DNA of 63,671 bases, filler included, from Choristocarpus tenellus KU-1152 (GCA_964200185.2; 9 parts of 9 records of this genome joined end to end with filler, not necessarily neighbours in it), one strand, 5' to 3'. Positions 27,601 through 41,200 are shown, counted from the whole stretch's first letter. Notes: generated by a model from the letters alone, not told the origin. Program-made: numbers and translations.

Positions 27601-30600
27601 GTTGAGGAGCACCCCTCCTGATTGGTGTGGTTGAAAATATTTTTGCTCTCCTGAGGTCTTGATGTTAAATATTTTCAACAAACTAGTTTACCTGTAGAGT
27701 GTGATGCGCACAATCTGCAGCAGTGCATACTGCATACTTCTAAGTACTACTCTCACAGTCGTTACTATCATCCACGACCCACGTTCCACCCATTACCTAC
27801 AATACCTGCATGCTGCTTCTGTCTGCAATTGATTGCAGGTGTGATAGTACCTGTTGCACAAGAGGCAAACTGTGATCATCCTCCCTTCTTGCACAGACCT
27901 CACCTATCGATAAGGATGTCGTTTTCCTGCACCTTCATGTCTAGCCGTGTCACTGTGTGCTTGAGCTCCGTGGACAAATCAGCATTCCCCTGCCTCACTT
28001 CACTGAGCTGCTCCTCTGCTTCTGCCAGCTTCCGCTCCACCGTATCCTTTTCTGCTCGAAGGGCCTCAAAAGCTTTCTGAATGTTGGGTTTTCCAGCAGT
28101 AGTTGTATGAGGTACCCCAGTCATTGATATAGCAGGGTAAGGTTCTGGAATTTCTTGGGATAGACAGGGGCTAGAGATTGCCCAACAACCACTACAGCAT
28201 TAGCTCGACCCATACCTGCAAACCCCTTTTGCTTCCCTCAAGGGGGTATATTAGATCGATACATGGGATTGTGGTGCAGGAGTTTTCCGTTGTAATGCAT
28301 GCATACACCAAGGTCTATAGGTGGAGGACGTAAATAAAAATGTAGAAAACGCAAACTTCAGCATGATACTAACCTCGGCAACCTCAATTCGCTGCTGCAG
28401 CACCACCTTGTCCTTGGTGACCTGCCTGTAAGCTTCAACGATCTCAGTCCTTGCTGCCAAGGCCACTGTGACCAGGCGATCTTTCCGCGTATTTTCATCC
28501 TTCATATTAGTAATTGTCATGAATAGGGTATCATGCACCAACAAAACATTTGGGCATGAGAGGGGAACTTACAAACGTGACGAAATAGGTTAGATGCTGG
28601 CTCTTGTTGATCATGTTGATCACGTTGATCATGTTGATGAGGGAAACTTCTCTTAAAGTATCAATACTACATTTTTCTTACAGTGAAAAACACCCTGCCC
28701 GGTGTCCGAGCTTGTCTTGAGAGTATATAAAAGCTGTGTATGCAAAAAAAAGAAGGAAAGCAAAGTCATCTACATGAGGCACCTACTTGAGATGCACAAA
28801 GTACATACAACTACTATGAGGCTTCAAGTTCAATGTCAGTTGGAAGTGCAGGCAACACTAACATGGAGGGGTGACAAGCCCAACAGTTCATCCACCTTGA
28901 GCTTTGGCTCGCAGCCCAGCTGTCCTTTTGTTGCTATTGTCGTCACAGACTAGTTGACCTTGCTACAATGGGGTCAAGCTCACTGCTTGGCCCCTTCACG
29001 CCCTTTTTTCCAATATGCAAGTGTGCCATCCTTTCTCACCCGGAGCTTCTTCTCCTTGACTGCCCAAGCATCTCTCTCTACTTGGAAGCTTCTGAGTTGT
29101 GCTGCTGGACTGTTCTTCTCAAGCAGGACAATCTCAGCCTGGTTGCACAGGCATGAATAGATTGATGAAACATGCATCAATGTTTAGAAGTTGTTCAGAG
29201 AGGAAGGTTCCAGTTGTGGTGGCCGCTACATGGGACGGGATGGGGCAAAATGCAACATCCACCTCCCTTTGTTGTTTTTTCTTTCATGTCGTGGTTATGT
29301 AATTAATGTAAAATTTCATCTCCTCTCCTACAGTCAGAACCTCCGAGGAGAGGTTAGTTAAGCTACAATTGCAATAGTGGGAAATTGGGATTCAGGCAGA
29401 AGGTTTTAAAAGCCCCAAAGACAAAAATCAGGTCAAAAACACATGCCCCCATAAGATAGGGTGTCTTCTTTGAGAATAAGAGCGGTATTCACAACTCCAC
29501 TGGACCAAAATCTTGCAAAGGCTCAGATACCTGGGCCTCTAAAGTTTTACTTAGATCGAGCAGAGATTTTTGGACATATAGCAGTGTAGGTACAAGCACA
29601 CAAAACTGGACATGTCATATTCTTTGATGATCCGAATTTCAGGTCTTGCCTGAAGGTGCTTGATCTCCTCGGCAGCCTTCTTGTTGGTTGATCCCAGCAA
29701 TGAAAGCTTCAGGTTCATCTGGTCCATAAGCCCCTCAATTTCAGTCGCTCTGTTCTCAGCAACTAGGACTTTTGGTGACAGCCACGCCAATTCTCGTTCA
29801 TATTGATCCTTGTTCTGGTGCCATTTGTGGTGGATAATTGAGGATTTGAACTGATGAGCCCTAATTATCACGTGCTTGAAGGATTGCTCTTGTTAGGGCT
29901 TGTTTGAACACAGTCATCTATGTTGGCAGCACATCCAGAGTAGAAGCTATGACCTGAAGTTTCTTCCTGTCACACTACGAACTTGGAAATTGTCCTTGAA
30001 AATCAGTATTTTGCTTGCAGTAAGCGTGTAACATAGTGTATTTTGAACACGAAGTGGCTAGGTAGACAAGGTGTGCAATGATTAAGATGTGCCCTGGTGT
30101 GTTTTGTAAGTAGTTGCTTTCCCAATGATTGTGACTGTTAGGCGCCAAGACAGGCTCTACACCTGGTTGTTTGTGCCTTACCGAGGCCAATTTTGTCTCC
30201 ATCTCTGCCATTGAATCAGAATTCCTGCCGTTCTCCACGAGCATCCTCGCCTGCTCTGCCTTGAGGCCTGCAATCTCGGTGTTCAGGCGGCCGATCTCTG
30301 CATGCTGTTCCTCCATCTTGTTCCGCTGCCTGTTTTCTAGGCTATTGAGGGTTGGAGACATAAAAAAAACATGCCAAGAGCACTGGTGAAAAATAATATC
30401 AAACAAAACAGTTCTACAGAATGGAGACAAGTTTGAAGAAGACTCATGTTTCTTTAGCATTTCCTCTTTCCAGACTGCTTGATTTTGGAGGAATTGGTTA
30501 GCTAACATGCAGTTGCAGATTCTATGAGAGGAAGAGGCAACTCATGTGCTACGCACCCTATAGCCAAGTTTGGAGTTAGCACCTCCCTATAGGTGTGGTG

Positions 30601-31861
30601 TATTCGCCTTAGCTCGCCCTTTGCAGCACTGAGCATTTCAGCTAACTGATCCCTCTCCTTGCCTAGAGTCCTGAGTAGAACAGTCTGGTTGAGCCCTTGC
30701 TTGGCGGCGCGCAGTCCACGGGATACGTGAACCATAACCTCAAACTTGTTGCACAAATCCACAAAGGAACGTGTACACACTGAGCAGTGCTCTTTATTAG
30801 ACTGTGCCAATGTATCTGCCCAGAGGAGAGTAGGAATAGCATACAGGAAGAGATACTGTTAGCCAGTCTTTCTCTGCCACATTTCCAAAACATGGTTAAC
30901 TATTGCTAAATCATATCCGCATTCCCTGGCATTGAGGCGAATGATCCATACGCCCTCCAAGCTAGTATAACACTTGGCATCTATTCTACCTACCGTTTTC
31001 TGTTCGTAGAAAGCTCTCCATGTCCACAAAGTCAGTCCCGAACTCCTTGTCCATCTCAAGCTTGAGCTGGAGCAGACGTGTACTGAGTCCTGCTTGCACA
31101 CGTTCTTTCATCATGACCAGTTGTGTAACAGTGTCCATAGCCTGCATACAGCTATCTCGGCTAGATGTATCTACCTGACGGAAGCGCCTAAACAGTCTCT
31201 CAATGGTTTCCACGTCGTACAAGCTTGAATAGGTAGATGGAGGGAGGGACGGGGAACACATGGTCATTGCGAGTGGATGCTTGGCATGGGGTTGAATAAC
31301 TACAGGTTGGGCATATGAGTACCTGGAGAGAGGAATAGGTGTGGAAAATTTCAAACAATTGGTAAGCTTCCCTCTAATACTGGGATAATGAAACCTCCAT
31401 TTGAAGGATGCACAGACCTCTCCGATGCACTTTCTCCTGTGGCTTGCTTCGCTGCCTGGACCGTCTGAGCGGGCTCTACAAGGTGATTCGCGCACGAGTT
31501 CAGAGCTCTAACATCTCCCTTGAGGAACAGGATCAATGCGTTCGCCTTCTTAAGGCACTCCTCTTCCGTAGCACTCTCCTGAAGTCATTTTTTTCGATGA
31601 AGGTGGAAACTATTCAGTTAGGCATTCTTCGCAAAAATCACTAACCTGGTAGTCACGATGCTGGGGACGGCAAGAGAAACACTTTAAAAACGGGAACATG
31701 GGCGACAGTGAAGGTATGTGGCTTCAGGAAGATATTTCATTGTAGGCCTTAGACGAAACCTCAACCTGCAGGACCAAGAGCAAGTCGGTCTGGCGTAGTG
31801 TTCGGCAATATCGCAGTTGCTCTTCAACCAAGGCCGTGACGCTTTTCCCGTCCACCATCAT
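24672..31861 (-). CDS. Uncharacterised long coiled-coil protein, at least 11 coding exons, 3' end unresolved
   Basis: Phase-consistent exons 31861-31766, 31578-31418, 31223-30994, 30815-30583, 30325-30182, 29814-29650 (GC donor), 29138-29040, 28499-28374, 28076-27904, 25618-25498, 24680-24672; heptad-rich E/K/Q/R/L sequence (KAFEALRAEKDTVERKLAEAEEQLSEVRQGNADLSTELK); possible upstream exon ending at 32098. Confidence 0.8.
25738..25998 (-). mobile_element. MITE family A, complete, intronic
   Basis: TIRs GAGTGAAATTATCTTAGAGGG / TCCAAGATACTTTGGCTC; TSD TTA/TTA. Confidence 0.93.
26380..27200 (-). mobile_element. Decayed Ty1/copia RT-RNaseH relic, intronic
   Basis: GIRFFGTTDFVSAMIKKY (like ISQTAFVDSMLKRF) and SWSVS...TRLQQSYGAMSVSKA (like RSVSG..SRLQ..VALSTAEA); many stops. 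Confidence 0.35.
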
Positions 31862-32193
31862 GGTCTCTGAGTCTCTAGAGTCTTACACCTATAGCAATCT
31901 TCACACTAAGTCTGGATTCTTTTTTCCTCGTTTTTCCTGCTGTGCAGAGTAATGGAACGTCGTGGAAATGTGTTTATCTCAGCCTTCAAGTTGTGAAGTG
32001 TTGCGATCAAGGAAACGTCTGTTCTGATAGCGGGTGTCGAAGGCGTGTGCATAATTTGAATTCTTGTCACCCAAATCAACCAGGAAAGGAACCGAACCTG
32101 AGAAGGTAAAGGTGCAACCCGGCCCTCGATCGTTCCTCCCATAGGGCGTGTTAGGTCTCTTGCAATAAGAGAAGCATCGACGTTCACTCAAAG

Positions 32194-34746
32194 ATGGCCT
32201 TGGAAGCGGCGACATCTGCCAATTTTGCAACTCTTGCGAGAGTGGCTGGGTTGGACCCTACATCAGTCATCCCCAAAGCTCAAGAGGTTAGGAGTGGAGT
32301 TGCGTCTATATCAACCCATTGAATGCCGTATGAGTGCTTTTGTCTGTCCTATTCATGAGTCGCTCCTATGCTGCACTCTATGTTTGCGTGCATTGCACCT
32401 GAGACGTCTTCATCATTGTTGAGACTTTTCCATCACCACACTAACAGACAATCTCATGACCAGATTCTTCGCCTAATGGAAATCAAGTGCCGCCTTGGCT
32501 GCCTCGGTAAGGGTGAGATTTGTCGATCTGTATTGGCGTTCGACCTCGCGTGCCGCTGCTTGGATCAGACACTTCATCGTAGGACTGTTGTCAAGCTTTG
32601 TGGTGTACCTGAAGGGGTGTATGTCTCGGCTCTGTCGACCGCCCAAGGGTTATTAGGGATGCGTAAGCGATGCAACCCGGAGGAAGTGGGTAGAATCGTG
32701 GGAGGCAAGCGTGTTGGCGTGATGGCCGCCCAGGAGCTGAAGCGTTATGAGGTAAGCCTCGCCATCCATGGTGTGTGAGGCACCGTATGTTGCACCCGAG
32801 CAAGTTACTGTACGGTCTCCCAGTTGCTTTTCCTTTTTCTATATCCTTTTAGATCTTTTCGATTGGGCGCATCCTGATCTTCGCTAATTCCCTCCACCCC
32901 CTACCGCTCTGTGCCAAAATGGTGCAGGAGAGCTTCCTGGCATCCTGCCCCCCGAGTCAGCGCAAGTGTGTCGACATAGGCAGCGCCTTGTATGCCGTCG
33001 CTGTATTCTACTTGTGCGCGAAGAAACTCAAGGCGAGGGGGTGTCTGAAGTGGAGGAGATACTACTGCTACTGTACTGCAGTGCGGTGCCAAGTTGCATG
33101 AAGTGATGGCGCTTCAGTTAGGTCGTGCGTCTGGAGATCTCAATCTAAAAGTCGAACAACATCTGAAGAAAACACTTCATACATCTGCAATATTTTTATG
33201 CTCCTTCTCATGAACATCTTCCCTTCTATCTCTAAACAGCACCCAGTCGACAAGGAGCGCTTGCTGGAGCTCTCCCTCGCCAGTGAGGAAGAATTTTCAA
33301 ATGTTTGCAAGAGTGTCTTGGTGAGAGACTGATCAGCCTCAGACTGAGAGATGGGACTACACAGCTCCGTGGCAGTTAGGCCTCTCTGTATACCACCGGC
33401 TCCCCTTCCTTTTTGCCTTTGCTGTCACAATTTGATGATACTTACAAATACGAAGCGCAGATGAAATCACTAGCCTGCTCTCCTTGCCCATTGCCATTGT
33501 GTTATGCCTCTAATCTCGAAGGAGCATTGCTACAGCACCCTTGGCATTGGATCAGACAAACCCAAACTACAAGCAGTTCCTTGCTTAAAGCCGCAGCTGC
33601 TGTCACAGTGTCAAGCAGGAGATTGTCCAACCTCTACGCCAGGAAATAATATACTTCGGAAGAGAATACCCCTTCTGAAAAATGTGGACACTGGAGCGGG
33701 TGCCCGAGGCCACATGAAATTGCTAGAGAAGGGCATTGTGTCATCTGTAAACTACAGGACTGCTGGGTACAAGATTGTGAGAAATGTAAGTTACGATGTT
33801 TGGCCGCATGGCAAATAGGATATATTTTTTTCTGGAAGGTGTAGCAGAGTGTTGATTGGGTCACTATCTTACCACAACGGTCACCATTAGGAGGTCAATT
33901 TCAGGTTGATCAACCTGGGTTTATGGTGCTTGGTGGTATGGTCCTGTTGATATAGTGTGTGCTTGTTTTGGTTTTGACTTAGGGGATCCACGCTGTTGCA
34001 GTACTCTTAGACCATTCACGTTGCACAGAGATAGAGAGAGTTGAATAGTGTATTGCAGTATAGTGTAATTCCAATTTGAAGGCCAAGTCAGTAAATCTTC
34101 ATAACAGGTGCAATACAAAAAACTTATAACCTTCAGGTCATCTCCTCCACTCCATAATGCACTAAGTTTTCTCAAAGTGTACGTTTAAGACAGAAAAATT
34201 GACACACCATACACCCACATGAATTCAAGTACGTGGACACTAAAATTTATGCCATTGAACAATATTTAGCTGTCTGTGTGACATCTCATTGTTCAGGTGG
34301 AATCTGGAGGTGAGCAGCAGAAACCTAGTGAAGCCAAGCGGCAGAGGACTGGGTCTGCTGTTTCCTCTTCTTCTGGTGGTAGCACTGCAACACCAGGGGG
34401 TGCAAGACCTCCGCAGGCAGTCACTGGGACTGGAAACCAAGTCAAAGTGGCTAACCCGTATGCACGAACAGTGCCTGGTCATTCCTCTTCTAGGCAACAG
34501 AATTGGCAGAACCCTCAAAGGAAGAGGTTGGCTGGTGGCAGAGTTCATCACAAGATCGCGTCCCGTAGGTTGGTGGAAGATGATGGTGGGGCAGAGGGGA
34601 GTAAGAGAACCAGCACTGCCGAGGGCGTTGAATCTGAAAGGGAAGAGAGAGAGGGATATGAGCAGTGGAAGCAACGGGTGATAGCTCCCCTGGGCAACAT
34701 TAGTACAGCACCAAAAGCCAGAGGTGTGTCTTGTTGTAAGGGATGA
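32194..34746 (+). CDS. ORC6: Origin recognition complex subunit 6, complete, 6 exons
   Basis: Exons 32194-32286, 32464-32751, 32928-33032 (GC donor), 33240-33320, 33522-33785 (donor less certain), 34297-34746. Plant-like ORC6 motifs LGKGEICRSVLAFDLAC, VKLCGVPEGVY, ESFLASCPPSQR, AVAVFYLCAKKLK, VDKERLLE...EEEFSNVCKSV, and C-terminal YEQWKQRV (like human DYEEWKRKI). Confidence 0.92.
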
Positions 34747-35370
34747 CTACAGGTTGAATGTGGATTAGGTGTCGTGGCATAGTGCATCTGTGTACACAGC
34801 ATTGTGGGTAGTTACACGTGGATGCGTATGTAGGTGTGTGTGTACCTGCCTTCAATTTCTTGTGTGCAAGGGACGCCTCTCCATATTCACGCCCCTCTTG
34901 CCGAGCCACAGTATGACGCTACATACAACATTTCTATCTGTGTTCTGTGCGCAGCTATCTCCCTCTTGTCCTTCCAAACGGTTAAATCTCACTGCAAATT
35001 ACTAATTTCATGTGTGGGATGCTTTCATTCAACAAGCACAGTGACAACCTTTTTGTCCGTATTTGATCCATCATGGTCAACGGTGGGATTTTCCAAGTAG
35101 GGTTTTTCCTGGTGGGCTGCTGAACCATGTGGAAAACTCTTGATATTTTCCGACCGAGAAATGGTCGCTTGGTGTAGCGGTGTAGCGTTAGAACATTTAC
35201 CGCTAGCGACAGAAGCAATTCCACATACACTGTCAACGATTTCTTGTTTACTTATATCTTATTGCTAACTAAACCGAAATCCTGTTTAAACTGCTGCTTG
35301 ACAGAGATGCCCCCCACCCCCCACCTCTCCCCCCCTTCCCCCACCCCATCCCCCACTTTCTTTTTCTTTT

Positions 35371-35470
35371 NNNNNNNNNNNNNNNNNNNNNNNNNNNNNN
35401 NNNNNNNNNNNNNNTTAATTAATTAANNNNNNNNNNNNNNNNNNNNNNNNNNNNNNNNNNNNNNNNNNNN
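35371..35470. other. Artificial contig linker
   Basis: N44-TTAATTAATTAA-N44. Confidence 0.99.
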
Positions 35471-35494
35471 CCCCTCCCCCAGATACTTTAGGTC
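35471..35494. mobile_element. MITE family B terminus at contig start
   Basis: CCCCTCCCCCAGATACTTTAGGTC. Confidence 0.75.
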
Positions 35495-36912
35495 AGAACT
35501 TAACCCTAACCCTAACTTGGTTGTGTAGGAAGATATCACTAACCCACCAGGGAAACATTGTAGAAGTAGTGCAGCAATGCAGAGTGCTGTGGAGAACACC
35601 TCTCGAGGATCCACCACTTTCTACCTTTCACTCACATTTTCGAAACCCCACCCCAAAAAGCCCTAACCTTAATTTGAAGAAGTGACAAAGTATGACAGCA
35701 GTGGTTCCCAAGACTGGGGGGTTCCCCTTCACACTCCAACGTCCAACATTCTTCACCAAGAAGTGCAAAAAGTGCGATAAATCACACATCCTGCACAACT
35801 TTCTTCTCGACTACTTGCCTCCATTCGAAATGTGTTCTACCTAAGTGGATGGCGATATTGCATTATTTTTTGGTCGGAGTGGGTGGGTTTGAAAGTGTGA
35901 TACATCAAGAGGATGCTACTCCCAATAAGGCTGCACTGTTGATTGAAGACTGAAATAGCAACTTGCCTCTGATCCCAGACGGCTACTTAGTCACCTATTG
36001 CACCAAAGGTTACGAAGGTCAAACCTTCACCTTATGGACATACTTAAGAGATTGCTTGGCAGGGGCTGATGTTGATGATGTTATCAGCAAGGAGGTGGAG
36101 AAGTGTGTATAGGATCCACCCAATCCCTCCATGACCAAGAAACATAAGCACAGTTCAGAACTAACCGTGAATCCCGTGCCTTCTGTAAAGGAGCCCCAGC
36201 ATCCTCAAATCGGGAGCAAGGGTAGCAATGGTCACGTTGTCCTAGGTCTACAGAACCTATTAGGTGCCCCTTCGCCATCGAAAAGGAAGGATGGGGGTAA
36301 AGTTGGTGCCTCAGCAACCCACGGATGCGGGTCCTACCTCCATGGACGGTGGCAGTGGTCTTCATACTGTCTGCGATGAAGTAGGGTGTACAACCTATGG
36401 ATGGGGGGAATAAGAACGGTGGTCAAGGATGGAGAAATTCCTGTAGAGTTACGTGACTTGGCTCTTGGAACACACCTCCAGGAACAGGATGGTGGAGATG
36501 AGGGAAAAACAAGCCCGACTTGTGAACAGTGAACAGGTGATTCTCAGACATGGATTAATTCATGAGGAACCCAGCGCTAAGTCTAAGGGGGTGGTATTCA
36601 ACAAAAAACAATATTGAAGGAATGTGAAGGAGATTACAAACAAGGAAAATTGCATCTTCACAGGGTCATACATTTTGATTGAAAGGAATGTTCTATCTCT
36701 TGATGGAGTTGTTGCGGAGAATTGGAGCACTCACTACTCAAAATCCCAACCTTTGGTACATGCTGATGGAGGCGTATCTAAATATCAATGATTGGTGGAA
36801 CAATGAATGACGAAAAATTGCAACATTGAAAGATATTTTGGAGGGATCGCCTTCTAGTGTCTCATGCCTCCAACCCTCTCAGGGAGTCGATGAGTGGGTC
36901 TGGGAAAGATGT

Positions 36913-37172
36913 GAGCCAGAGTATCGTAGAGGATAGGGCCGCGTCCATTTGGGGTCCAAAATCGAAAGTTGCGATTTTGATGTAATTTTGACTATCTTGT
37001 TCGTTAGTAAGTGTCAATATCCTTGTTCTGGACACACCGTTTCATAATGTATACATTATACTTACTCCGAAACATTTTGGAGTAGTAAAATGTCATAAAA
37101 AAAAACCATGAGAAGCCAAGCCCCAAATGGACAAACAGGGAAAAACTCGTCCCCTCTAAGATACTTTCACTC
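36913..37172 (+). mobile_element. MITE family A, complete
   Basis: GAGCCAGAGTATCGTAGAGG...CCCTCTAAGATACTTTCACTC; TSD TGT/TGT. Confidence 0.93.
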
Positions 37173-38489
37173 TGTATTCCTTGTACATCTACGTCTTTCA
37201 TCAGTATTTGTGAGACGTAGGGTCGTTTCAGAGTTCAGCAAAGAAAATTTCTTTCTGGGGGGGGTTGTTCTACATTGGGCACTTCCATCTCTACTCATCT
37301 CTACGTAAGGGGGGTGTTGATTGAGTCTCGAGTACTTTCACCAGACCTATTCCAATTTCTGACTTCCAAAAATAAATTTGGAAGTAGTTGATTCGTACAT
37401 TTTCCTGCTGGAAGGAAGTACGATATTGCTATTTTGGAGTAGTGTAAGAAACAGGTCAAAATATTCGTGTCCCTGCCTCATTCAAGGCTTATCTCTCACA
37501 CCTGAAGACATACCACGTGAATTGACGTGTCGAAACGAGGATACAGTTTTTTTCAGACTACTTTACCGGGCCAGGCACTTAGCATGTCCACTGTCGGCCA
37601 CATGGCTGCGGTCTGACATGCAGCCCACCAATGTTGAAACGATCGATAACCATGGACTTGGCGATGTTCAAACTCAGTTGTATATGGCTACCTGGCTCCC
37701 AAAAAAGGATAGTGACGGCCATGGACTCCTGCCATGTTAGAACATTTTATCTATGGGCTGGTAGGTAATGTCTTTTTGACACTCTCGCCCACCACATATG
37801 GACATGCCTCCCTATTTATCGTTCACTCTATGTAAGTTCTGTACATAATATGTAGTGTAGTATGAAGTACGTATGCTTCGAAGTATTTATTGATAAATCT
37901 ATATTTTCTATTTTTAAAACTATTGAAAAAGGTTTTTGGGGGTAGGAAAGCGGTATATCTCCTCCACTCTCCTAGGGCAGGATGTAGTTGTTGGTTCTTG
38001 GGTGGCACCATTTTACTTTGATGCCACAAGGTACTACCACTTCGTGGATTAAAACCTACGCAATACACCATATTTGAGGGTCAATCAGAACCGAAAAAAA
38101 CACTTACTCCTCAGAAACGGGCGAACCACTGGTTCTTTTCTCGTTATATTGCCCTTTGGTGGATGCACCAACAGCTAATAATGACATTGATCCCTGCTAC
38201 TTAATCTTTGTCTTAATTCTGCGTTCTTATTTTGCTCCTTTTAACATCACTCCTTATCATCATCTCCCTCATCTCCCTTAGCCTCCTTCCTACCACCTGA
38301 AGATTTTGCCATCAAACTGCATGTTGTGAGAGGACACTCTTGGCCACGAACATATACAAGAAACACCCACGCACAACAACCATGAGGATGAAAAAGCAAG
38401 GTGTGTTCAGATGAAGGAAATTGACTTTTTTCCGACTTATACGATCACACAAACTATATCAAGATCAGAAAACAGGCACAGAGACCTCT

Positions 38490-38742
38490 GAGTCAAAGTA
38501 TCTTAGAAGGTAGAGCCGCGTCCGTTTGGGGGCCAAAATCCAATGTTGTGATTTTGATAAAATTTTGGCTATTATGTTTGCTGGGAAGTGTCAATACCCT
38601 TGTTCCAGACACACCTTTCAAACGTATTCATATTACCTACTCCGAAACATTTCGGAGTTGGAAAATGTCATAAACCTGTGGGAAGCCAAGCCCCAAACGG
38701 ACAAAAAGGGCAAAACTTGTGCCCTCTAAGATACTTTCCCTC
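38490..38742 (+). mobile_element. MITE family A, complete
   Basis: GAGTCAAAGTATCTTAGAAGGTA...CCCTCTAAGATACTTTCCCTC; TSD TCT/TCT. Confidence 0.93.
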
Positions 38743-40008
38743 TCTAATGGACAATCACAGTCCCCTTTAAGATTCTTTAGCTCGCAAGCATTTTCAGAAA
38801 CGAGCTGGGAAGAAAAACGGTTAAGGAGCTCTGGTGAGTGGATTGTCGTATAGTAACAACACACACTGTACTCCACACAACACACCAGGCCCTCTTACAA
38901 AACCAAACATATATTTTACATACCAAGTGCCTCATTCTCCTAGACCAGACCGTTCCCTTGTACATAATTGATCAAAACATTTCTCCCAACACACATGAAA
39001 ACATTCTGTAGTAGGTGCTTTCCTGCTGGTCAGACCTCCCTTCCCCCAAAAGCGAACCAAGGATACATGATCGAGAGGATCGAAGATAAGTGTAGCTAGC
39101 TGACCACAGTTTGAAGGGAAACATGACCAGCGACTTTATTCTCATCATCTGCATGTTTGAGGAAGGCGATACCTATTGAAAACTTGCATGAAATGGGGCT
39201 CGATACTGAGCTATTAAGATACAGCAAAACATTGACTCATAATACGACCTTGGCCTCCTCTCCATGCAATAATAGGGCGCTCATATAACACCCGATTTTC
39301 CCCGTGAAATATACGTGGTACATAAATATGATACCTTGTCGCTATTGAGTCAATCCAACCAAGAGGTAGGCACGGTTACATATTAAGACTTCCAAGAAAG
39401 AGCAAAAATGTGTCATTTTGTACAATCGCAGAAAGATCAATCACCTGAATAGTGGTGTCACTTTTTGGGTGTGGAAATGGGGAACATCAATTTTGCATAC
39501 ACTATGGTATACATAAAGCAGATTGAAATATACTTAACTTGCGTAGGGTTAAGAATTATGGCTTTCAACACTAAAAGGGTCCAAACCTGCCTACCTGTCA
39601 ATTGGTTGGGCTCTATTTTGTGTTACGGAGTGTACGAAACGTACATGTATCTATATACCACGTAGTGTTGTGTGCTTATACCAGCAGAGTTTTGCTGCGA
39701 CATCCTCCCCTTATTGCATAGAAACAAACATAAAGCACAAATGTTGTACTTCAAAAATTCATCAAAAACTTTAGATATACTTCTAAAAAACTTTCACAGG
39801 CAGATTCTTGGTCAACACTTCTACTCTCTGATTGGCAGTTCTAACAAAAACAACTCAATTCTCACCCTTTTTAGCGAAATCCCTCAAAAAATGACGCCAG
39901 ACGGAAATATCCTTGTCCTGTGTTGAGTTGTACTGCATACCAAGTCACATGCTCCATAATTGTCCTCAAACATGCCAATACAACGCCTTGGAAACTGTGA
40001 CTGAACTA

Positions 40009-40068
40009 GGGTCAAAGTATCTGGGGGGGGGGGGTGGTTTGTGAGGGGGCGTCCGTTTCGGTCAAACA
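40009..40068. mobile_element. MITE family B-like arm with a different spacer (variant C), truncated at contig end
   Basis: GGGTCAAAGTATCT-G run-TGGTTTGTGAGGGGGC-GTCCGTTTCGGTCAAA. Confidence 0.75.
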
Positions 40069-40168
40069 NNNNNNNNNNNNNNNNNNNNNNNNNNNNNNNN
40101 NNNNNNNNNNNNTTAATTAATTAANNNNNNNNNNNNNNNNNNNNNNNNNNNNNNNNNNNNNNNNNNNN
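40069..40168. other. Artificial contig linker
   Basis: N44-TTAATTAATTAA-N44. Confidence 0.99.
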
Positions 40169-40191
40169 CCCCTCCCCAGATACTTTGACCC
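40169..40191. mobile_element. MITE family B-type terminus at contig start
   Basis: CCCCTCCCCAGATACTTTGACCC. Confidence 0.8.
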
Positions 40192-40499
40192 TTGGTAGTA
40201 AATTTTGTGTTCGTTGTAAGAGAACTGATGGTCTGAATTGGAGGCTACCTATCCTTGGGGGGGACAGTATGAAGTTACATCCATGGAATTAACAATCTTA
40301 TGTAGGGTTGCAAAACCTGGAAAGCCACGCCCATTTTCTATTCATTTGGGTAGATTGAAACACTTCAACCCACATGTTCAACTTCCCACACAACACTGAA
40401 ATGAGCTGGACTATTTAGTTTCCTCCAATGTATGTATATTATTGAACTGACTGCATCCTTGCATGGACCACTGAACATGGGCATGCACACCACTATGGG

Positions 40500-41200
40500 G
40501 GTTACCATTGCACGATGTAATGTAAACCATCAAGCCTCTCATCCCATTGTTGGCCAGTACACCATGGATAGGATTGCTTGACATAGATCTGGTCGTAGGC
40601 GTTCATCAACAAATGTAGTCTATTGCTGTCTTTGCAGCTATGGACCCTCTTGTGACCTTCATTGACAAAAAAGCAGATTAAGTCCCACAATGGTGTGAAA
40701 AGATTGCTCCCCATCGTGCCATAAATGGATTGGATAACCATTAAAATTCTCCTCCAAAACAGTCTTGGGATGAGAATTCGCACTTGCTGGTATCATAATC
40801 CTTAGCATAGCCTGCATATCTTGCATTGCCATAATAGATCAATCTATTGCCTAAATTCAAGAGACTATGGGATGACTGGTATAGATCCTTGCCAACCTTT
40901 CTCACGGCCCTTCTTGGTCGAGGTCTGGTGCTACTGTCATAATCTCTTTCATAGATTGACCATCTTATTTGGCAGTTGTAGATATGTCTCATGAATGGGT
41001 ACTATTGTATTGTAAAGCAATTAGAAAACTGGTGCATATCTCAGTCAGCCCTGTTCATGACCAGCCTTGGCTTGACATCTCGTGTTTACCAAGTCTATCA
41101 ATCCTTTGAACATATACTAAATAGTGTTCTCGTTGATATTAGCATCATTTCAATTATTTTCAAGATATCATGTTCATCTTTGAACCAATTTCTTTCGTTT
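40500..41200 (-). mobile_element. Decayed Ty1/copia RT-RNaseH relic
   Basis: STRPRPRRAVRKVGK (like TRPDIANAVREVAK), LGNRLIYYGNARYAGYAKDYD (like LGITY...YADADY). Confidence 0.45.

Noticed and set aside
36084-36365. Copia integrase relic
   Set aside because: Only a faint resemblance; too degraded to call
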